From NCBI GenBank assembly GCA_031431875.1, contig JANPEF010000153.1, positions 32,001-96,000 of the forward strand: a stretch of DNA of 64,000 nucleotides. The letters run 5' to 3'. The DNA comes from Candidatus Eiseniibacteriota bacterium. Lineage in GTDB: Bacteria > Eisenbacteria > RBG-16-71-46 > DASYSL01. Both the position numbers and the translations under genes were made by a program. Position 1 is the first letter of the stretch; each line of letters begins with the position of its first letter. This document shows positions 1-10,154 of the stretch, piece by piece. The notes beneath the pieces are model-generated. The model saw only the letters and a program-made list of their open reading frames with translations, was not told where the DNA came from and ran no database searches.

Positions 1-1
1 C

Positions 2-1063
2 GTCCTCTCCAGTGCGCCGTGGCCGCGTCGCCTGGGGCGGGTCGCGGGGGTGCTCGCCCTGGCGGGGCTCGTGCAGGCACCGTGGCTCGCCTATGCGTGG
101 TCGTTCTACGGCACGCTGCTGCCCCAGACGCTGGCGGCCAAGACCGCCGGCGGCGTCGGCCCGGCGGTGTTCCTCGCTTCGCTCGGCCGCCAGGCGCAGG
201 AGATCCTGGCGACGCGAGCAGTCGAGGCCTTCGCGTTCGCGGCCCTGCTGCCCGCGCTCGCCGCGGCGCTGTGGCGACGGCGGGCCGAGCACTTCCTGCC
301 GCTGGCGTGGCTCGTGCTCCTGCCGTTGCTCTACGCCTTGCGCGGCGTGCACCCGATCTCGCGCTACCTGCTCCCGCTGGCGCCGGTGCTGCTGTTTCAC
401 GGCTGGGGGGCGCTCGCTGCGCTGGCGGCAGCCGAGCGCCGCGCGCCGGCGCGCGCCGTCGCCATGCTGGCGACCGCATGCCTGCTCGGGCTCGGGCTCA
501 ACGGCTTCCTGTGGGCGCGCTTCGTCGTGCCGCACGCGCGCACGTTCAGCGCCGATGCGCGGGCGGTGCTCGGCGGCTACGGTGCGTGGATCCGGGACAA
601 CACGCCGCCCGGAACGACGGTCGCGATCCCCGACATCGGCCTGTTCGCCTGGACGGCCGAGCGCCCGGTGCTCGACCTGGCCGGGCTCGTCTCGCCCGGG
701 ATCCCGCGCCTGATCGGCCTGTACGGCAATTCGGAGGAGGGCACGCTGGTGACGCGGTTCCAGTTTGCGGGCGTCGCGCGGCCCGCGTACCTGATCGACC
801 GGGCGGCCCGTCCGCGGCGCCTGCTCGAGCTCGAGGTCAGCCCGTACGCGCCGTGCCTCACGGTGATCGACGTGGTGGGGGAGGATGGGGCGGTCCGCTA
901 TCGCGGCTTGCGCAACCCGGAGGCCGCGTACTACACGCTCTACCGCATCGACTGGATGGCGTTCGACCGGATGGCCGGCGCCGAGCGTCAGGCCTCGGCC
1001 GCGAGCCGGTCCGTGCGTTCGGCCATGGCGAAGTCCTTCGGCCCCAGCCCGCCGAGGTCGTGA
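2..1063 (+). CDS. Polytopic membrane protein, GT-C/arabinofuranosyltransferase-like (5' truncated by window edge)
   Basis: Frame open from base 2. Multiple TM segments, 'P.TLAAK', 'RYLLPLAP', and C-terminal 'IPDIGLFAW...DLAGLVSP', typical of GT-C-like membrane glycosyltransferases. Confidence 0.6.
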   Translation, partial: VLSSAPWPRRLGRVAGVLALAGLVQAPWLAYAWSFYGTLLPQTLAAKTAGGVGPAVFLASLGRQAQEILATRAVEAFAFAALLPALAAALWRRRAEHFLPLAWLVLLPLLYALRGVHPISRYLLPLAPVLLFHGWGALAALAAAERRAPARAVAMLATACLLGLGLNGFLWARFVVPHARTFSADARAVLGGYGAWIRDNTPPGTTVAIPDIGLFAWTAERPVLDLAGLVSPGIPRLIGLYGNSEEGTLVTRFQFAGVARPAYLIDRAARPRRLLELEVSPYAPCLTVIDVVGEDGAVRYRGLRNPEAAYYTLYRIDWMAFDRMAGAERQASAASRSVRSAMAKSFGPSPPRS

Positions 1064-1590
1064 GTCCACCAGCGCACGGTGAGACGGCCCCACTCCACGA
1101 GCAGGGAAGGATGATGATCCGCCGCGTCCGCCGCCGCGCCGATCTTGTCGGCCAGCGCGAGCGCCGTGGCGAAGCTCGAGCATTTGAAGACGCGCACCAG
1201 TTGCGCCTCGCCGGCGACGGTCTCGACGGCCCAGTGCGGCAGGTCGACGAAGCGGACCGAGCGCTCGAAGGCGCGCGAGCGACGGTAGGCCGTGCCGCGG
1301 CCGTCGCGCTCGAGGAATCCCTCGTCGATCAGCGCGCGCCGCAGCGTCGCTGCGTCGGTCGACAGTCGTGCGCCATCGACCGCCAGCCACGCCTTCAGCC
1401 GGTCGGTGAGGTCTCGCTCGCCGGGGGCGGGGGACTCGTCCTCGGCGACCAGCCGCGCCAGTGCGGCGAGCAGCACGTAGCGGTCGACGCGCTTCTTCGG
1501 CAACCCCGCGCCGAATCCGTTGCGCAGCATCGCCGCCAGTCGCGACTCGGCGGTGGTGCGATCGATCAGAACCAGGCTTGTCTTCGCCAT
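988..1590 (-). CDS. Fusion: DUF2087-like wHTH domain + pterin-4-alpha-carbinolamine dehydratase (PhhB/PCD)
   Basis: N-half 'LPKK...DAATLRRALIDEGFLERD..G..YRR' (DUF2087-like); C-half 'F..ALALADKIGAAADAADHHPSL.VEWGRLTVRWWTHDLGGLGPKDFAMA' (PCD HHP/THD motifs). Confidence 0.8.
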   Translation of the reverse strand: MAKTSLVLIDRTTAESRLAAMLRNGFGAGLPKKRVDRYVLLAALARLVAEDESPAPGERDLTDRLKAWLAVDGARLSTDAATLRRALIDEGFLERDGRGTAYRRSRAFERSVRFVDLPHWAVETVAGEAQLVRVFKCSSFATALALADKIGAAADAADHHPSLLVEWGRLTVRWWTHDLGGLGPKDFAMAERTDRLAAEA

Positions 1591-1591
1591 A

Positions 1592-2512
1592 TCAGTCGCG
1601 GCGTCGGGTGACGCCGGCCTTTCTCTTCACGATGCGATAGATGAAGTGATCGGCGCAGCTCGCGCCGAACTCCCGCTGCTGCGGAGCGGTCAGGTCGCGA
1701 TCGGTTGCGGCGATGAACGCGCGCTCGGCCTCGCGCGCCTCGGCGGGCTTCATCGGCCGGCCGTGCAGCGCGTGACGCAGCACGGCGTAGTGCGCGTTCG
1801 AGCCCAGCTCCTCGACCTTGGCGCCGCCCTTTGCCAGGCGAGCGACCAGCGACCCGCGATCGACCAGGCCGCAGTAGTAGCCGTTGTCGAGCTGGCGGGC
1901 CTGGCGGTACGTGTTGTCGCGGCCCGCGCGCAGCAGGAGCGAGCGGTTGTTGTTGAGCACCAGGTAGAGCGCGCCGTCCTTCTTCAGTACGCGCAGGCAC
2001 TCGGCGAGTGTGCGCTCCTGCAGCCACGCCGGCAGGTGCTCGAGCAATCCCAGGCACAGCACCGCGTCGAACGTGCCGCCGGCGAACGGCAGCATGCCCG
2101 AGTAGCCCTGCGTGTATCCCGCCCGGGCCTTGACGCCCTCGCTCTTCGCCGCGCGCTTCGTCTTGGCCGCGGCCTGCTTGACCATGGCGAACGCATTGTC
2201 GACGCCGATCACGGTCGCACCCGTCAGCGCCAGCGGCGCGCTGACGCGGCCGAGTCCGCACGCGAGGTCGAGCACGCGCAGGCCGCGCTTCGGCTTGAGC
2301 GCGCGCACGAACGACATGGTCTCCCACAGGTGGTATGCGGCGTTGACGTACGCCGGCTCGCCCGCGGAGAGCACGATGCGGAACTCGTCCTTGAGGCGAC
2401 GGCGTTCGTCCCCCCAGTAGCGCTCGGCCGAGGCGCGGTCGTAGTCACGCGGCACGGTCGTGCGCCGGCGCGCGGACGAGCCGCCGCGAGCGGGGGTCCG
2501 CGATGCGGTCAT
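1592..2512 (-). CDS. Class I SAM-dependent methyltransferase
   Basis: 'VLDLACGLGR', 'LPFAGGTFDAV', 'RVLKKDG' motifs. True start may be slightly downstream. Confidence 0.85.
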   Translation of the reverse strand: MTASRTPARGGSSARRRTTVPRDYDRASAERYWGDERRRLKDEFRIVLSAGEPAYVNAAYHLWETMSFVRALKPKRGLRVLDLACGLGRVSAPLALTGATVIGVDNAFAMVKQAAAKTKRAAKSEGVKARAGYTQGYSGMLPFAGGTFDAVLCLGLLEHLPAWLQERTLAECLRVLKKDGALYLVLNNNRSLLLRAGRDNTYRQARQLDNGYYCGLVDRGSLVARLAKGGAKVEELGSNAHYAVLRHALHGRPMKPAEAREAERAFIAATDRDLTAPQQREFGASCADHFIYRIVKRKAGVTRRRD

Positions 2513-2764
2513 GAATTCCTCCAGGGTGGGTCGGGACGCGAATGCGATGCAAGCGACCGCGCGAAGCTACGGAACGCGCTGAAACTCGTCAAGCGCACCG
2601 CGGCGCGCGCGGGCGATGGCACAAACCGGCGGGAGACCCGACTGCACGCCTGTGCACGAACGGGGCCGTCCACCCGGGCTCGCCGAAAAAAAAAGTGTCC
2701 CAGGCACCCCGAGACACAAAAAAAAGTGGATGAACGATCGATCCACCCCCTAGAGTGCGCCGCT

Positions 2765-2789
2765 ATGGGTGGATGTGGGGCGTAGTGGT
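2765..2789 (+). promoter_or_regulatory. Putative MraZ operator: (A/G)TGG repeats with 10-bp period
   Basis: ATGGG (2765), GTGGG (2775), GTGGT (2785) upstream of mraZ, matching known MraZ TGGG/GTGG direct repeats. Confidence 0.65.
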
Positions 2790-2861
2790 TTTGAAGGGCG
2801 GACTTGAACTTCTGCCTCCCAAGAACCCCGCCCCCCGGCAGCACGACACGAGAGGAACGCC

Positions 2862-3317
2862 ATGTCGTCGTTCATCGGCAGCGAGACCAGCGTCATCGAC
2901 GCAAAAGGCCGGATCAACGTGCCTTCGCGCCTGCGGCGTGGTCTCGATCCCGAGGCGGCCGACTCGTTCACGATCATCCGCTGGCTCGACGACTCCGTCC
3001 ACATGTATCCGCTCGACGAGTGGCGCCGCTTCGAGGGCCAGCTGCGCAAGCTGTCGAAGGGCGATGACGAGGCACGCAGCGTGTTCCTGATGATCTCGGA
3101 GACGGCCCACGAGACGACGATCGACGGGCAGGGACGAATCTCGCTCACCCCGCGCCTCGTCGAGCTGGCGGGGCTGGAGCGGACCGCACGCCTCGTGGGT
3201 GCGCTCGATCACATCGAGATCTGGTCGCCGGAACGCTTCGAGGCCCGGCTCAAGCTGGCGGCGCCGAGCTTCGAGGCCATGATGAAGAACGTCTTCAGTC
3301 GCCTCGACGGCGACTGA
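2862..3317 (+). CDS. mraZ: Division/cell wall cluster transcriptional regulator MraZ
   Basis: Two 'IDAKGRI'/'IDGQGRI' repeats and 'VGALDHIEIW'; first gene of the dcw cluster. Confidence 0.95.
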   Translation: MSSFIGSETSVIDAKGRINVPSRLRRGLDPEAADSFTIIRWLDDSVHMYPLDEWRRFEGQLRKLSKGDDEARSVFLMISETAHETTIDGQGRISLTPRLVELAGLERTARLVGALDHIEIWSPERFEARLKLAAPSFEAMMKNVFSRLDGD

Positions 3318-3420
3318 TTCACCGACCCCACCCCGCGTGGGTCGAGGCGCCCCTGGAGGTCCCGGGCGTCCGGCCCCTCCCGCGGACGACGCTGCGGAGT
3401 GTCGGACCGGGAGGAGCGGG

Positions 3421-4371
3421 GTGGTGGGGGAGCAACGAGGAGCAAGGACGCACGAAACCGTCGAACATCTGCCCGTCCTCGTGGACGAAGTCGTGCGCTC
3501 CCTTGCGCACGGACCCGGCTGGTACTTCGACGCCACGGTTGGGGGAGGCGGACATGCGGCTCGACTACTCGATGCCCTGCCTGCGGAGGCGCGCCTCCTC
3601 GCTTTCGATCGCGACCCGGCGGCCCTCGAGCGGGCCCGGACGCGACTGGCCCCTTACGGAGATCGGGTCCGACTGATGCATGCGCCGTTCGACCAGCTGG
3701 GCGAGGTCCTGAGCTCCGAGCGTCTGGGGAGCCTTGCGGGGGCACTCTTCGATCTCGGTCTCTCCTCGCTCCAGCTGGGCGACGCCTCCCGCGGGTTCTC
3801 GTTCGCGAAGGAGGGGGTGCTGGACCTGCGCTTCGACCCGACGAGCGGCCGCCCCGCCTGGCAGATCCTCGCCGACGTCGACGTCGCCACGCTCGGCCGC
3901 TGGCTCGCGGAGTATGGCGAACTCCCGGGCGCGCACCGGGCCGCCCGCGCGATCGTGGACTTCCGCCGGACCGAGCCCATTTACGAAACGAGCCAACTGC
4001 GCCAGGCCGTCGCCGCGGTGTGGGGCCCCACGCCGCACCCCCGTCGCATGGCCCAGCTGTTCCAGGCGCTGCGCATCGCGGTCAACGATGAGCTCGGCCG
4101 AGCCGAGCGCGGGATCGCCCAGGCGATCGCCGCACTCGCGCCCGACGGCGTGATCGCCGTCCTCTCGTACCACTCGCTGGAGGACCGGCTGGCCAAGCGG
4201 CTGCTCCACGGAACGCTTCCCACCAGGCACGAGGCCCAGCTCGGCGTGATGCGCCGCGGGGACCTCGAGCCCGTCACCCGGCGCGCGATCCTGCCGACGC
4301 CCGCCGAGATCGCTCGGAACCCCAGAGCCGCCAGCGCGAAGTTGCGCGTCGCCCGGAGGATCGCGGCATGA
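3421..4371 (+). CDS. rsmH: 16S rRNA m4C1402 methyltransferase RsmH
   Basis: 'HLPVL', 'DATVGGGGHA', 'DLGLSSLQL...RGFSF', 'SYHSLEDR', 'NPRAASAKLR'. GTG start after GGAGGAG (start approximate). Confidence 0.95.
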   Translation: MVGEQRGARTHETVEHLPVLVDEVVRSLAHGPGWYFDATVGGGGHAARLLDALPAEARLLAFDRDPAALERARTRLAPYGDRVRLMHAPFDQLGEVLSSERLGSLAGALFDLGLSSLQLGDASRGFSFAKEGVLDLRFDPTSGRPAWQILADVDVATLGRWLAEYGELPGAHRAARAIVDFRRTEPIYETSQLRQAVAAVWGPTPHPRRMAQLFQALRIAVNDELGRAERGIAQAIAALAPDGVIAVLSYHSLEDRLAKRLLHGTLPTRHEAQLGVMRRGDLEPVTRRAILPTPAEIARNPRAASAKLRVARRIAA

Positions 4372-4805
4372 AGAAGAGAACGCCCACGCCGGTGTTGCGG
4401 CAACGTTTCGAGTTCGACCGGCCGCGGGTTCCGCTCGCCGCCTGGATCCTGGGGCTGGTGCTCGTCGCGGCATTCGTCGAGGTCTGGCAGGTGACGCGCG
4501 TGAGCGCGCTGACCCTCGACACCGAGAAGGCCGCGCGGGCACTCGATGAAGCCGAGGCGAGGCATGATTACCTGGAGGGCCGGCTGGCCGTCACCCGCAC
4601 GAGGTCCGCGCTCGAAGCGCGCGCCCGGGCGCTGGGCATGAAGCCCGCCGAGCCCTCCCAGATCGTCGTTGTTCCCACCGCGTACCTGGCGGGCGGGGAT
4701 CGTGCGGAAGAGGGCGGCGGTCGTCTCGTCGCCTTCGGCCGCCGGGTCGCCGAGAGCCTGGTTCCGTCGGCGCGGGCGAAGAGTCGCACGCCGACCCCGT
4801 ACTGA
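4368..4805 (+). CDS. ftsL: Cell division protein FtsL-like
   Basis: One TM + coiled coil + 'LEARARALGM'; lies between rsmH and ftsI. Confidence 0.8.
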   Translation: MKKRTPTPVLRQRFEFDRPRVPLAAWILGLVLVAAFVEVWQVTRVSALTLDTEKAARALDEAEARHDYLEGRLAVTRTRSALEARARALGMKPAEPSQIVVVPTAYLAGGDRAEEGGGRLVAFGRRVAESLVPSARAKSRTPTPY

Positions 4806-4830
4806 TCGCCCTACCGCGGGCGGCCGCCGC

Positions 4831-7089
4831 ATGGAGGTCCCGCGGCGGCCGCCGCTCCGGTCCCTGACGGAGCGCCGCGGATCGTCCGAAGTCCCGTTCG
4901 CTCCCGCATTCGCCCGGTCCGCGCCGGACGTTCGCGGGGCTTCCGCCCCTCCACCACGGTCACGGCCCGCCCCCGCGGGCCCGTCCGGAGGGCACGTGCC
5001 GAGCATCGCCCCGCGTCGCCGCCTCTTTGCGGCGGCGGTCGTCGTCCTTCTCGCCGGGTCCGCGGTCACGCTGCGGCTCGCGTTTCTTCAACTCGTCCGC
5101 CACGGCCACTACGCCGAGCGCGCCGAAGTGAACCAGCGCGAGCGCGAGGCGCTGCTACCCGTGCGCGGGACGATCCGCGACCGCGACGGCCGCCTCCTCG
5201 CCCAGGACGCGCGCACCTACACGATCGTCGCCGAGCCGCGCCGCATGGACGATCCCGCGCGCGCTGCGCGCCGCATCGCCCGTGCCCTCGACCTCGACGC
5301 CGACCGCCTCGCCCGCGAGTTCAAGAAGCGTCCCGGATTCTGCTACGTCGACCGCAACCGCTCGCCCCAGGACGCGCAGATCGTGCGCGACTCGCTCGCC
5401 TCCGGTGCGTGGAAGGGTCTCGTACTCCACGCCACGGTGCGCCGCGACTATCCCGCCGGCGCCGCGCTGGCGCAGATCACCGGGCGGGCCGACATCGACA
5501 ACCGCGGGATCGAGGGGATCGAGTACCAGTTCGACTCGATGCTGCGCGGGGAGCAGGGCTGGCGCACGGTGCTGGCCGACGGGCGCGGGCGCCATGTGGG
5601 CCTGCCCGGCTGGTCGCAGCGCAAGCCGGTCGACGGGCACTCGATCGAGCTCACCGTCGACGCCGACATCCAGAGCGTCGTGAGCCAGCGACTGCTCGCC
5701 GCGGTCGACACGCTCAAGGCGGTCAAGGCGATCGCCGTCGTGCTCGATCCATGGACGGGCGAGATCCTCGCTGCCGCCTCCGAGCCGCAGGGGGCGGACG
5801 GCACGGTCCGCAACCAGGCCATCACCGACCAGTTCGAGCCGGGCTCGACGTTCAAGATGGTCGTCGTCTCGGCCGCGCTCGAGGAGGGGAAGGCCACGCC
5901 GGAGCAGGTCTACGACGCCGAGAACGGCGCCTATTCCTTCGCCGGCTCGACGATCCGCGACTCGCACCCGTACGGGCTGCTCAAGCTGCGCGATGCCGTG
6001 CGCGTCTCGAGCAATATCGTCGCGGGCAAGCTGGGCCTCGAGATCGGCGCCCAGACCATGTACGACTACGCGACCGCGTTCGGGTTCGGTGCGCTCACCG
6101 GCCTCGAGTTCCCGGGCGAGACGCCGGGGCTGCTGCGCCACCCGTCGCGCTGGTCGGGCCGCTCGTTGCCGACGGTCGCGATGGGGCACGAGATGTCGGT
6201 CACCGCGCTCCAGCTCGCGCTGGCCTACGGCGCGCTGGCCAACGGCGGCACGCTGATGGCGCCGCAGATCCTCAAGCGCGAGAGCGACGCGAAGGGGAAC
6301 GTCCTGCGCGTCGCCGAGCCGCGCCCGCTGCGGACGGTGATCTCCGAGGAGACCGCCACGACGATGCGCACGATGCTCACCGCGGTCGTCGACTCGGGCA
6401 CGGCAAGGAAGGCGCAGTTGCCGTGGTCAGCGGTCGCCGGGAAGACCGGGACCGCGCAGAAGTTCGACACCGTGCTCCACACCTATCGCAGCCACAAGTA
6501 CCTCGCCTCGTTCGTCGGGCTCCTGCCCGCCGACCGGCCGCGCCTGGTCTGCGTGGTCATGATCGACGAGCCGAAGAACGGCTACTACGGGGGCGACATC
6601 GCCGCCCCGGTGTTCCGCAACATCATGGAGGACCTGTACCGCCTCCGCGGCGGCCCGCTCGCTCCCGCGCCGGAGCGCGCACGCTTCGCGCCGCCCCGTC
6701 CGCGCGATGTGGCGGTCCCGGGCGTGCGCGCGCTGCCCATCGCGGGCGCCCGCCTGGTGCTGCGCGACGCCGGCCTGCGGGTCAAGATCGAGGGCGACGG
6801 CAAGCGCGTGCTTGCCCAGCATCCGGCCGCCGGCGCGCGGGCCGAGCGCGGCACCGTCGTCGTGCTGGCCACGCGACCGCGCCGCGACGTCGTTCCCGAC
6901 GTCACCGGGCTTACCGCGCGCGACGCCCTGACCACCCTCGCCGAGTATGCGATACCGGTGCGGGTCGAGGGGCGCGGCCTCGTCGTGCGGCAGTCGCCGG
7001 CCGCGGGCGGCGCGTTCGGCCGCGGGACGTCGTGTGTTCTCGTGTGCGAGGAGCGGACTGCTCTCGCGTCCGCGCGGGGTGCCGATTGA
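4831..7089 (+). CDS. ftsI: Class B penicillin-binding protein FtsI with two C-terminal PASTA domains
   Basis: 'RGTIRDRDG', 'EPGSTFK' (SxxK), 'SSN', 'KTGTAQK', PASTA repeats. Start uncertain. Confidence 0.92.
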   Translation: MEVPRRPPLRSLTERRGSSEVPFAPAFARSAPDVRGASAPPPRSRPAPAGPSGGHVPSIAPRRRLFAAAVVVLLAGSAVTLRLAFLQLVRHGHYAERAEVNQREREALLPVRGTIRDRDGRLLAQDARTYTIVAEPRRMDDPARAARRIARALDLDADRLAREFKKRPGFCYVDRNRSPQDAQIVRDSLASGAWKGLVLHATVRRDYPAGAALAQITGRADIDNRGIEGIEYQFDSMLRGEQGWRTVLADGRGRHVGLPGWSQRKPVDGHSIELTVDADIQSVVSQRLLAAVDTLKAVKAIAVVLDPWTGEILAAASEPQGADGTVRNQAITDQFEPGSTFKMVVVSAALEEGKATPEQVYDAENGAYSFAGSTIRDSHPYGLLKLRDAVRVSSNIVAGKLGLEIGAQTMYDYATAFGFGALTGLEFPGETPGLLRHPSRWSGRSLPTVAMGHEMSVTALQLALAYGALANGGTLMAPQILKRESDAKGNVLRVAEPRPLRTVISEETATTMRTMLTAVVDSGTARKAQLPWSAVAGKTGTAQKFDTVLHTYRSHKYLASFVGLLPADRPRLVCVVMIDEPKNGYYGGDIAAPVFRNIMEDLYRLRGGPLAPAPERARFAPPRPRDVAVPGVRALPIAGARLVLRDAGLRVKIEGDGKRVLAQHPAAGARAERGTVVVLATRPRRDVVPDVTGLTARDALTTLAEYAIPVRVEGRGLVVRQSPAAGGAFGRGTSCVLVCEERTALASARGAD

Positions 7090-8717
7090 GCGCGACCCGC
7101 GGACCGTGGCCGCTGTCCTGGGACCAGTTCCTGCTCGCGCTCGGCGTGAGTGACGACGCCGTGCGCGGCACCGCACCCGCCGCGGTGGCCGGCGCGGCGT
7201 ATGACTCGCGCCGCGTGCGGGAAGGGGACGCGTTCTTCGCGCTCCCCGGGGTGACGACTGCGGGCGCGAATTTCGCCGCCGCAGCGGCGTCGCGTGGCGC
7301 GGCCTGCGTCGTCGCCGAGGCACCGACCGGCGTGCTCGACGTCGCGCTCCCGGCGGGACGGGCGACCAGCGAGGTGATCGTGGGGGAAGCCCGCCGGGCG
7401 CTGGCCGAGGCGGCGCGCGCGCTGTACCGCGATCCGTCGACGCGCCTCAAGCTGGTGGGACTCACCGGCACGAACGGCAAGACGACGACCGCCTTCCTCA
7501 CCCGCGCCATCCTCGAAGAGGCGGGGATCGCGGCGGGGCTGGTCGGCACCGCGGGCTACGACGCGGGCGACGGGCTCGTGCCGTCGGCGTTCACCACGCC
7601 CGAGGCGCCCGACCTCATCGACCTGCTCGACGCGATGAGCGTGCGCGGGCTCGCCGCCTGCGTGATGGAGGTGTCGAGCCACGCGCTCGCGCAGCGCCGC
7701 GCTTACGGGCTGTCGTTCGCCAGCGTCGTCTTCACCAACCTGACGCGTGACCACCTCGACTACCACGGCACGGAGGAGTCGTACCTCGCGGCCAAGCTGC
7801 GCCTGTTCGACGGCGGCAACGGTGGAACCACGGCCGGTGTCACCGCCGTCGTCCATGCCAGCGATCCGCACGCCGCCGACGTGATCGCGGCCTGCGCCAA
7901 GGGGGGCATGCGCGTCGTCCGCTTCGCGCTCGACGGTGCGGCGGGCGCCGCCGCTGCCGAGCTCGTGGCGCGCGATGTCGAACTGGCACCGCGCAGCTCG
8001 CGCTTCACGTTGGTCGAGCGCGCCGCCGGGGCCGGGTTGGTGGCGACGCCGCTCACGCTGCCGCTCGCCGGGCGGCACAACATCGAGAATGCGCTGGCGG
8101 CGTGGGGCGCAGCGACGGCGCTCGGCGCGTCGACGGCGGCCGCAGCGCGGGCGCTCGAGCGCTTCGCCGGTGTTCCCGGCCGGCTCGAGGCGATCGACGC
8201 GGGCCAGCCGTTCGCGGTGTTCGTCGATTACGCGCACACGCCCGACGCGCTCGAGCGGGTGCTCGCCGCGGTGCGTGCGACGCTGCCCACGGGCGCGCGA
8301 CTGGGAGTGGTGTTCGGCTGCGGTGGCGATCGCGATCGCGGCAAGCGCGGCATGATGGGTCGCGCGGCCGTCCGCGGGGCCGACTTCGCGATCGTCACCG
8401 ACGACAACCCGCGCAACGAGAGTCCCGCCGTGATCCGCGGCGAGGCGATGAAGGGGGCGCTCGCCGCTTTCGGCTCGGGCGAGGCGCCGGCCGGTGCGGC
8501 CGCGCCGGGCGAGATCGCCGGCCGCCGGCGCGCGCTCGAGGCGGCATTTGCCCGCGCGGGCGTGGGCGATGCCATCGTGATCGCAGGCAAGGGCCACGAG
8601 GTGACGCAGAGCGTCGCCGGCAAGTCCGTGCCGTTCGACGATCGGGCCGAGGCACGCCGTGCGCTCGAGTCCCTGGGCTTCACGACGCCGGCCGACGGCC
8701 GAAGGGAGCGCGCGTGA
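7086..8717 (+). CDS. murE: UDP-MurNAc-tripeptide synthetase MurE (meso-DAP type)
   Basis: 'TGTNGKTT', 'MEVSSH', 'DYAHTPD', 'DNPR', 'AGKGHE'. TTG start overlaps the ftsI stop. Confidence 0.95.
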   Translation: MSATRGPWPLSWDQFLLALGVSDDAVRGTAPAAVAGAAYDSRRVREGDAFFALPGVTTAGANFAAAAASRGAACVVAEAPTGVLDVALPAGRATSEVIVGEARRALAEAARALYRDPSTRLKLVGLTGTNGKTTTAFLTRAILEEAGIAAGLVGTAGYDAGDGLVPSAFTTPEAPDLIDLLDAMSVRGLAACVMEVSSHALAQRRAYGLSFASVVFTNLTRDHLDYHGTEESYLAAKLRLFDGGNGGTTAGVTAVVHASDPHAADVIAACAKGGMRVVRFALDGAAGAAAAELVARDVELAPRSSRFTLVERAAGAGLVATPLTLPLAGRHNIENALAAWGAATALGASTAAAARALERFAGVPGRLEAIDAGQPFAVFVDYAHTPDALERVLAAVRATLPTGARLGVVFGCGGDRDRGKRGMMGRAAVRGADFAIVTDDNPRNESPAVIRGEAMKGALAAFGSGEAPAGAAAPGEIAGRRRALEAAFARAGVGDAIVIAGKGHEVTQSVAGKSVPFDDRAEARRALESLGFTTPADGRRERA

Positions 8718-10153
8718 GCCGCGAGTGGACGCTGCTCGACGTCGCGCGCGCCACCGGCGCCGAGCTGGCGGCGCTGAACGCTGGTGCGGTCGCGGTCGCG
8801 GTCACCGGTGCGGCGCTCGATTCGCGCCGGCTCGCGCCGGGGCGCGTCTTCGTGCCGCTGCCGGGTGCCCGCACCGAAGGCCACGGGTTCGTGGCCGCGG
8901 CCCTCGCCGGGGGCGCGGCCGCGTCGTTCTGTCGCCGCGAGCGGCACGCCGAGATCGCCGCCGCCTGCGCCGCCGCGGGGGTCGACGCGAGCGGCCGCCT
9001 GCTCGTCGTCGCCGATCCCGCAACCGCGCTCGGCACCTGGGCCAGGGCCCGGCGCACGGCGTGGACGGGCACGCTGGTCGGCCTGTGCGGCAGCAACGGC
9101 AAGACGACGACGAAGGAGATGCTGGCTGCGATCTTTGCGCAGCGCGGGCCGACCAGCCGCACCGAGGGCAACCTCAACAACCAGCTCGGCGTCCCGGTCA
9201 CCCTCACGCGCCTGGCCGCGGTCGAGCGCTACGCGGTGGTCGAGATCGGCATGAACCACCCGGGTGAGGTGCGCGCGCTGTCGCAGCTCGCGCGCCCGAC
9301 TGGGGCGGTGATCACCAACGTCGGCCCGGAGCACCTCGAGGGCATGGGCTCGCTCGACGCGGTCGCGCGGGCCGAGGCCGAGGTCGGCGAGGCGCTCGCG
9401 CCCGGTGCGCCGCTGGTCGTGCCCGGCGACGACGCCCGGCTCGCCGAGTGCGTGCACGCGTTCCCGGCGCGGCGCGTCACGTTCGCGCTCACGCCGGGCT
9501 CCGACTACGTCGCGACCGACGTTGAGCTCCTGGGCACCGCGGGCGCGCGCTTCCGCGTCGCCGGGTTCCCGCCGCTGTCGATCCCGCTGCCCGGCCTGCA
9601 CTCGGTGAAGAACGCGCTCGCCGCCGTGGCCTGCGCGCACGTCTCGGGGATCACGCCCGAGGAGTGCGCGCGCGGCCTCGCCGCGATGACGCGTCCCGCG
9701 GGCCGAACCGAGGTCGAGGTGCGTGGCGGCGTGACGCTGCTGCTCGATCACTACAACGCGAACCCCGCCTCGCTCGACGCGGCGCTCGACCTGCTCGAGT
9801 CGTGGCCCGGCGCGGCGAAGCGCTACGCAGCGCTTGGCGACATGCTCGAGCTGGGCGCCACTGCGCCCGACTGGCACGCCGCCGCGGGCCGTCGCCTGCC
9901 GCGCATCGACGGCGCGTACCTGTGGGGCCCGTTGATGACGCATGCGCTGGCCGCCGCGCGCGAGGCGGACCAGGCCGCACGCGTGACGCACTTCGCCGAG
10001 CGCCGGACCCTGGCGCGGTCGCTTGCCGCGACGCTCGCGCCGGGCGACGTCGTGCTGGTCAAGGGCTCGCGCGGATCGGCGATGGAAGAGGCGATCGAGA
10101 TCCTGCGCGAGGCGCTGGGCGGGGCGACGGATGCGGCGGGGGAGGGACGCTGA
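8714..10153 (+). CDS. murF: UDP-MurNAc-pentapeptide ligase MurF
   Basis: 'GSNGKTTTKE', 'NLNNQLGVP', 'EIGMNHPGE', 'YNANP', 'KGSRG'. GTGA overlap. Confidence 0.95.
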   Translation: MSREWTLLDVARATGAELAALNAGAVAVAVTGAALDSRRLAPGRVFVPLPGARTEGHGFVAAALAGGAAASFCRRERHAEIAAACAAAGVDASGRLLVVADPATALGTWARARRTAWTGTLVGLCGSNGKTTTKEMLAAIFAQRGPTSRTEGNLNNQLGVPVTLTRLAAVERYAVVEIGMNHPGEVRALSQLARPTGAVITNVGPEHLEGMGSLDAVARAEAEVGEALAPGAPLVVPGDDARLAECVHAFPARRVTFALTPGSDYVATDVELLGTAGARFRVAGFPPLSIPLPGLHSVKNALAAVACAHVSGITPEECARGLAAMTRPAGRTEVEVRGGVTLLLDHYNANPASLDAALDLLESWPGAAKRYAALGDMLELGATAPDWHAAAGRRLPRIDGAYLWGPLMTHALAAAREADQAARVTHFAERRTLARSLAATLAPGDVVLVKGSRGSAMEEAIEILREALGGATDAAGEGR

Positions 10154-10154
10154 C

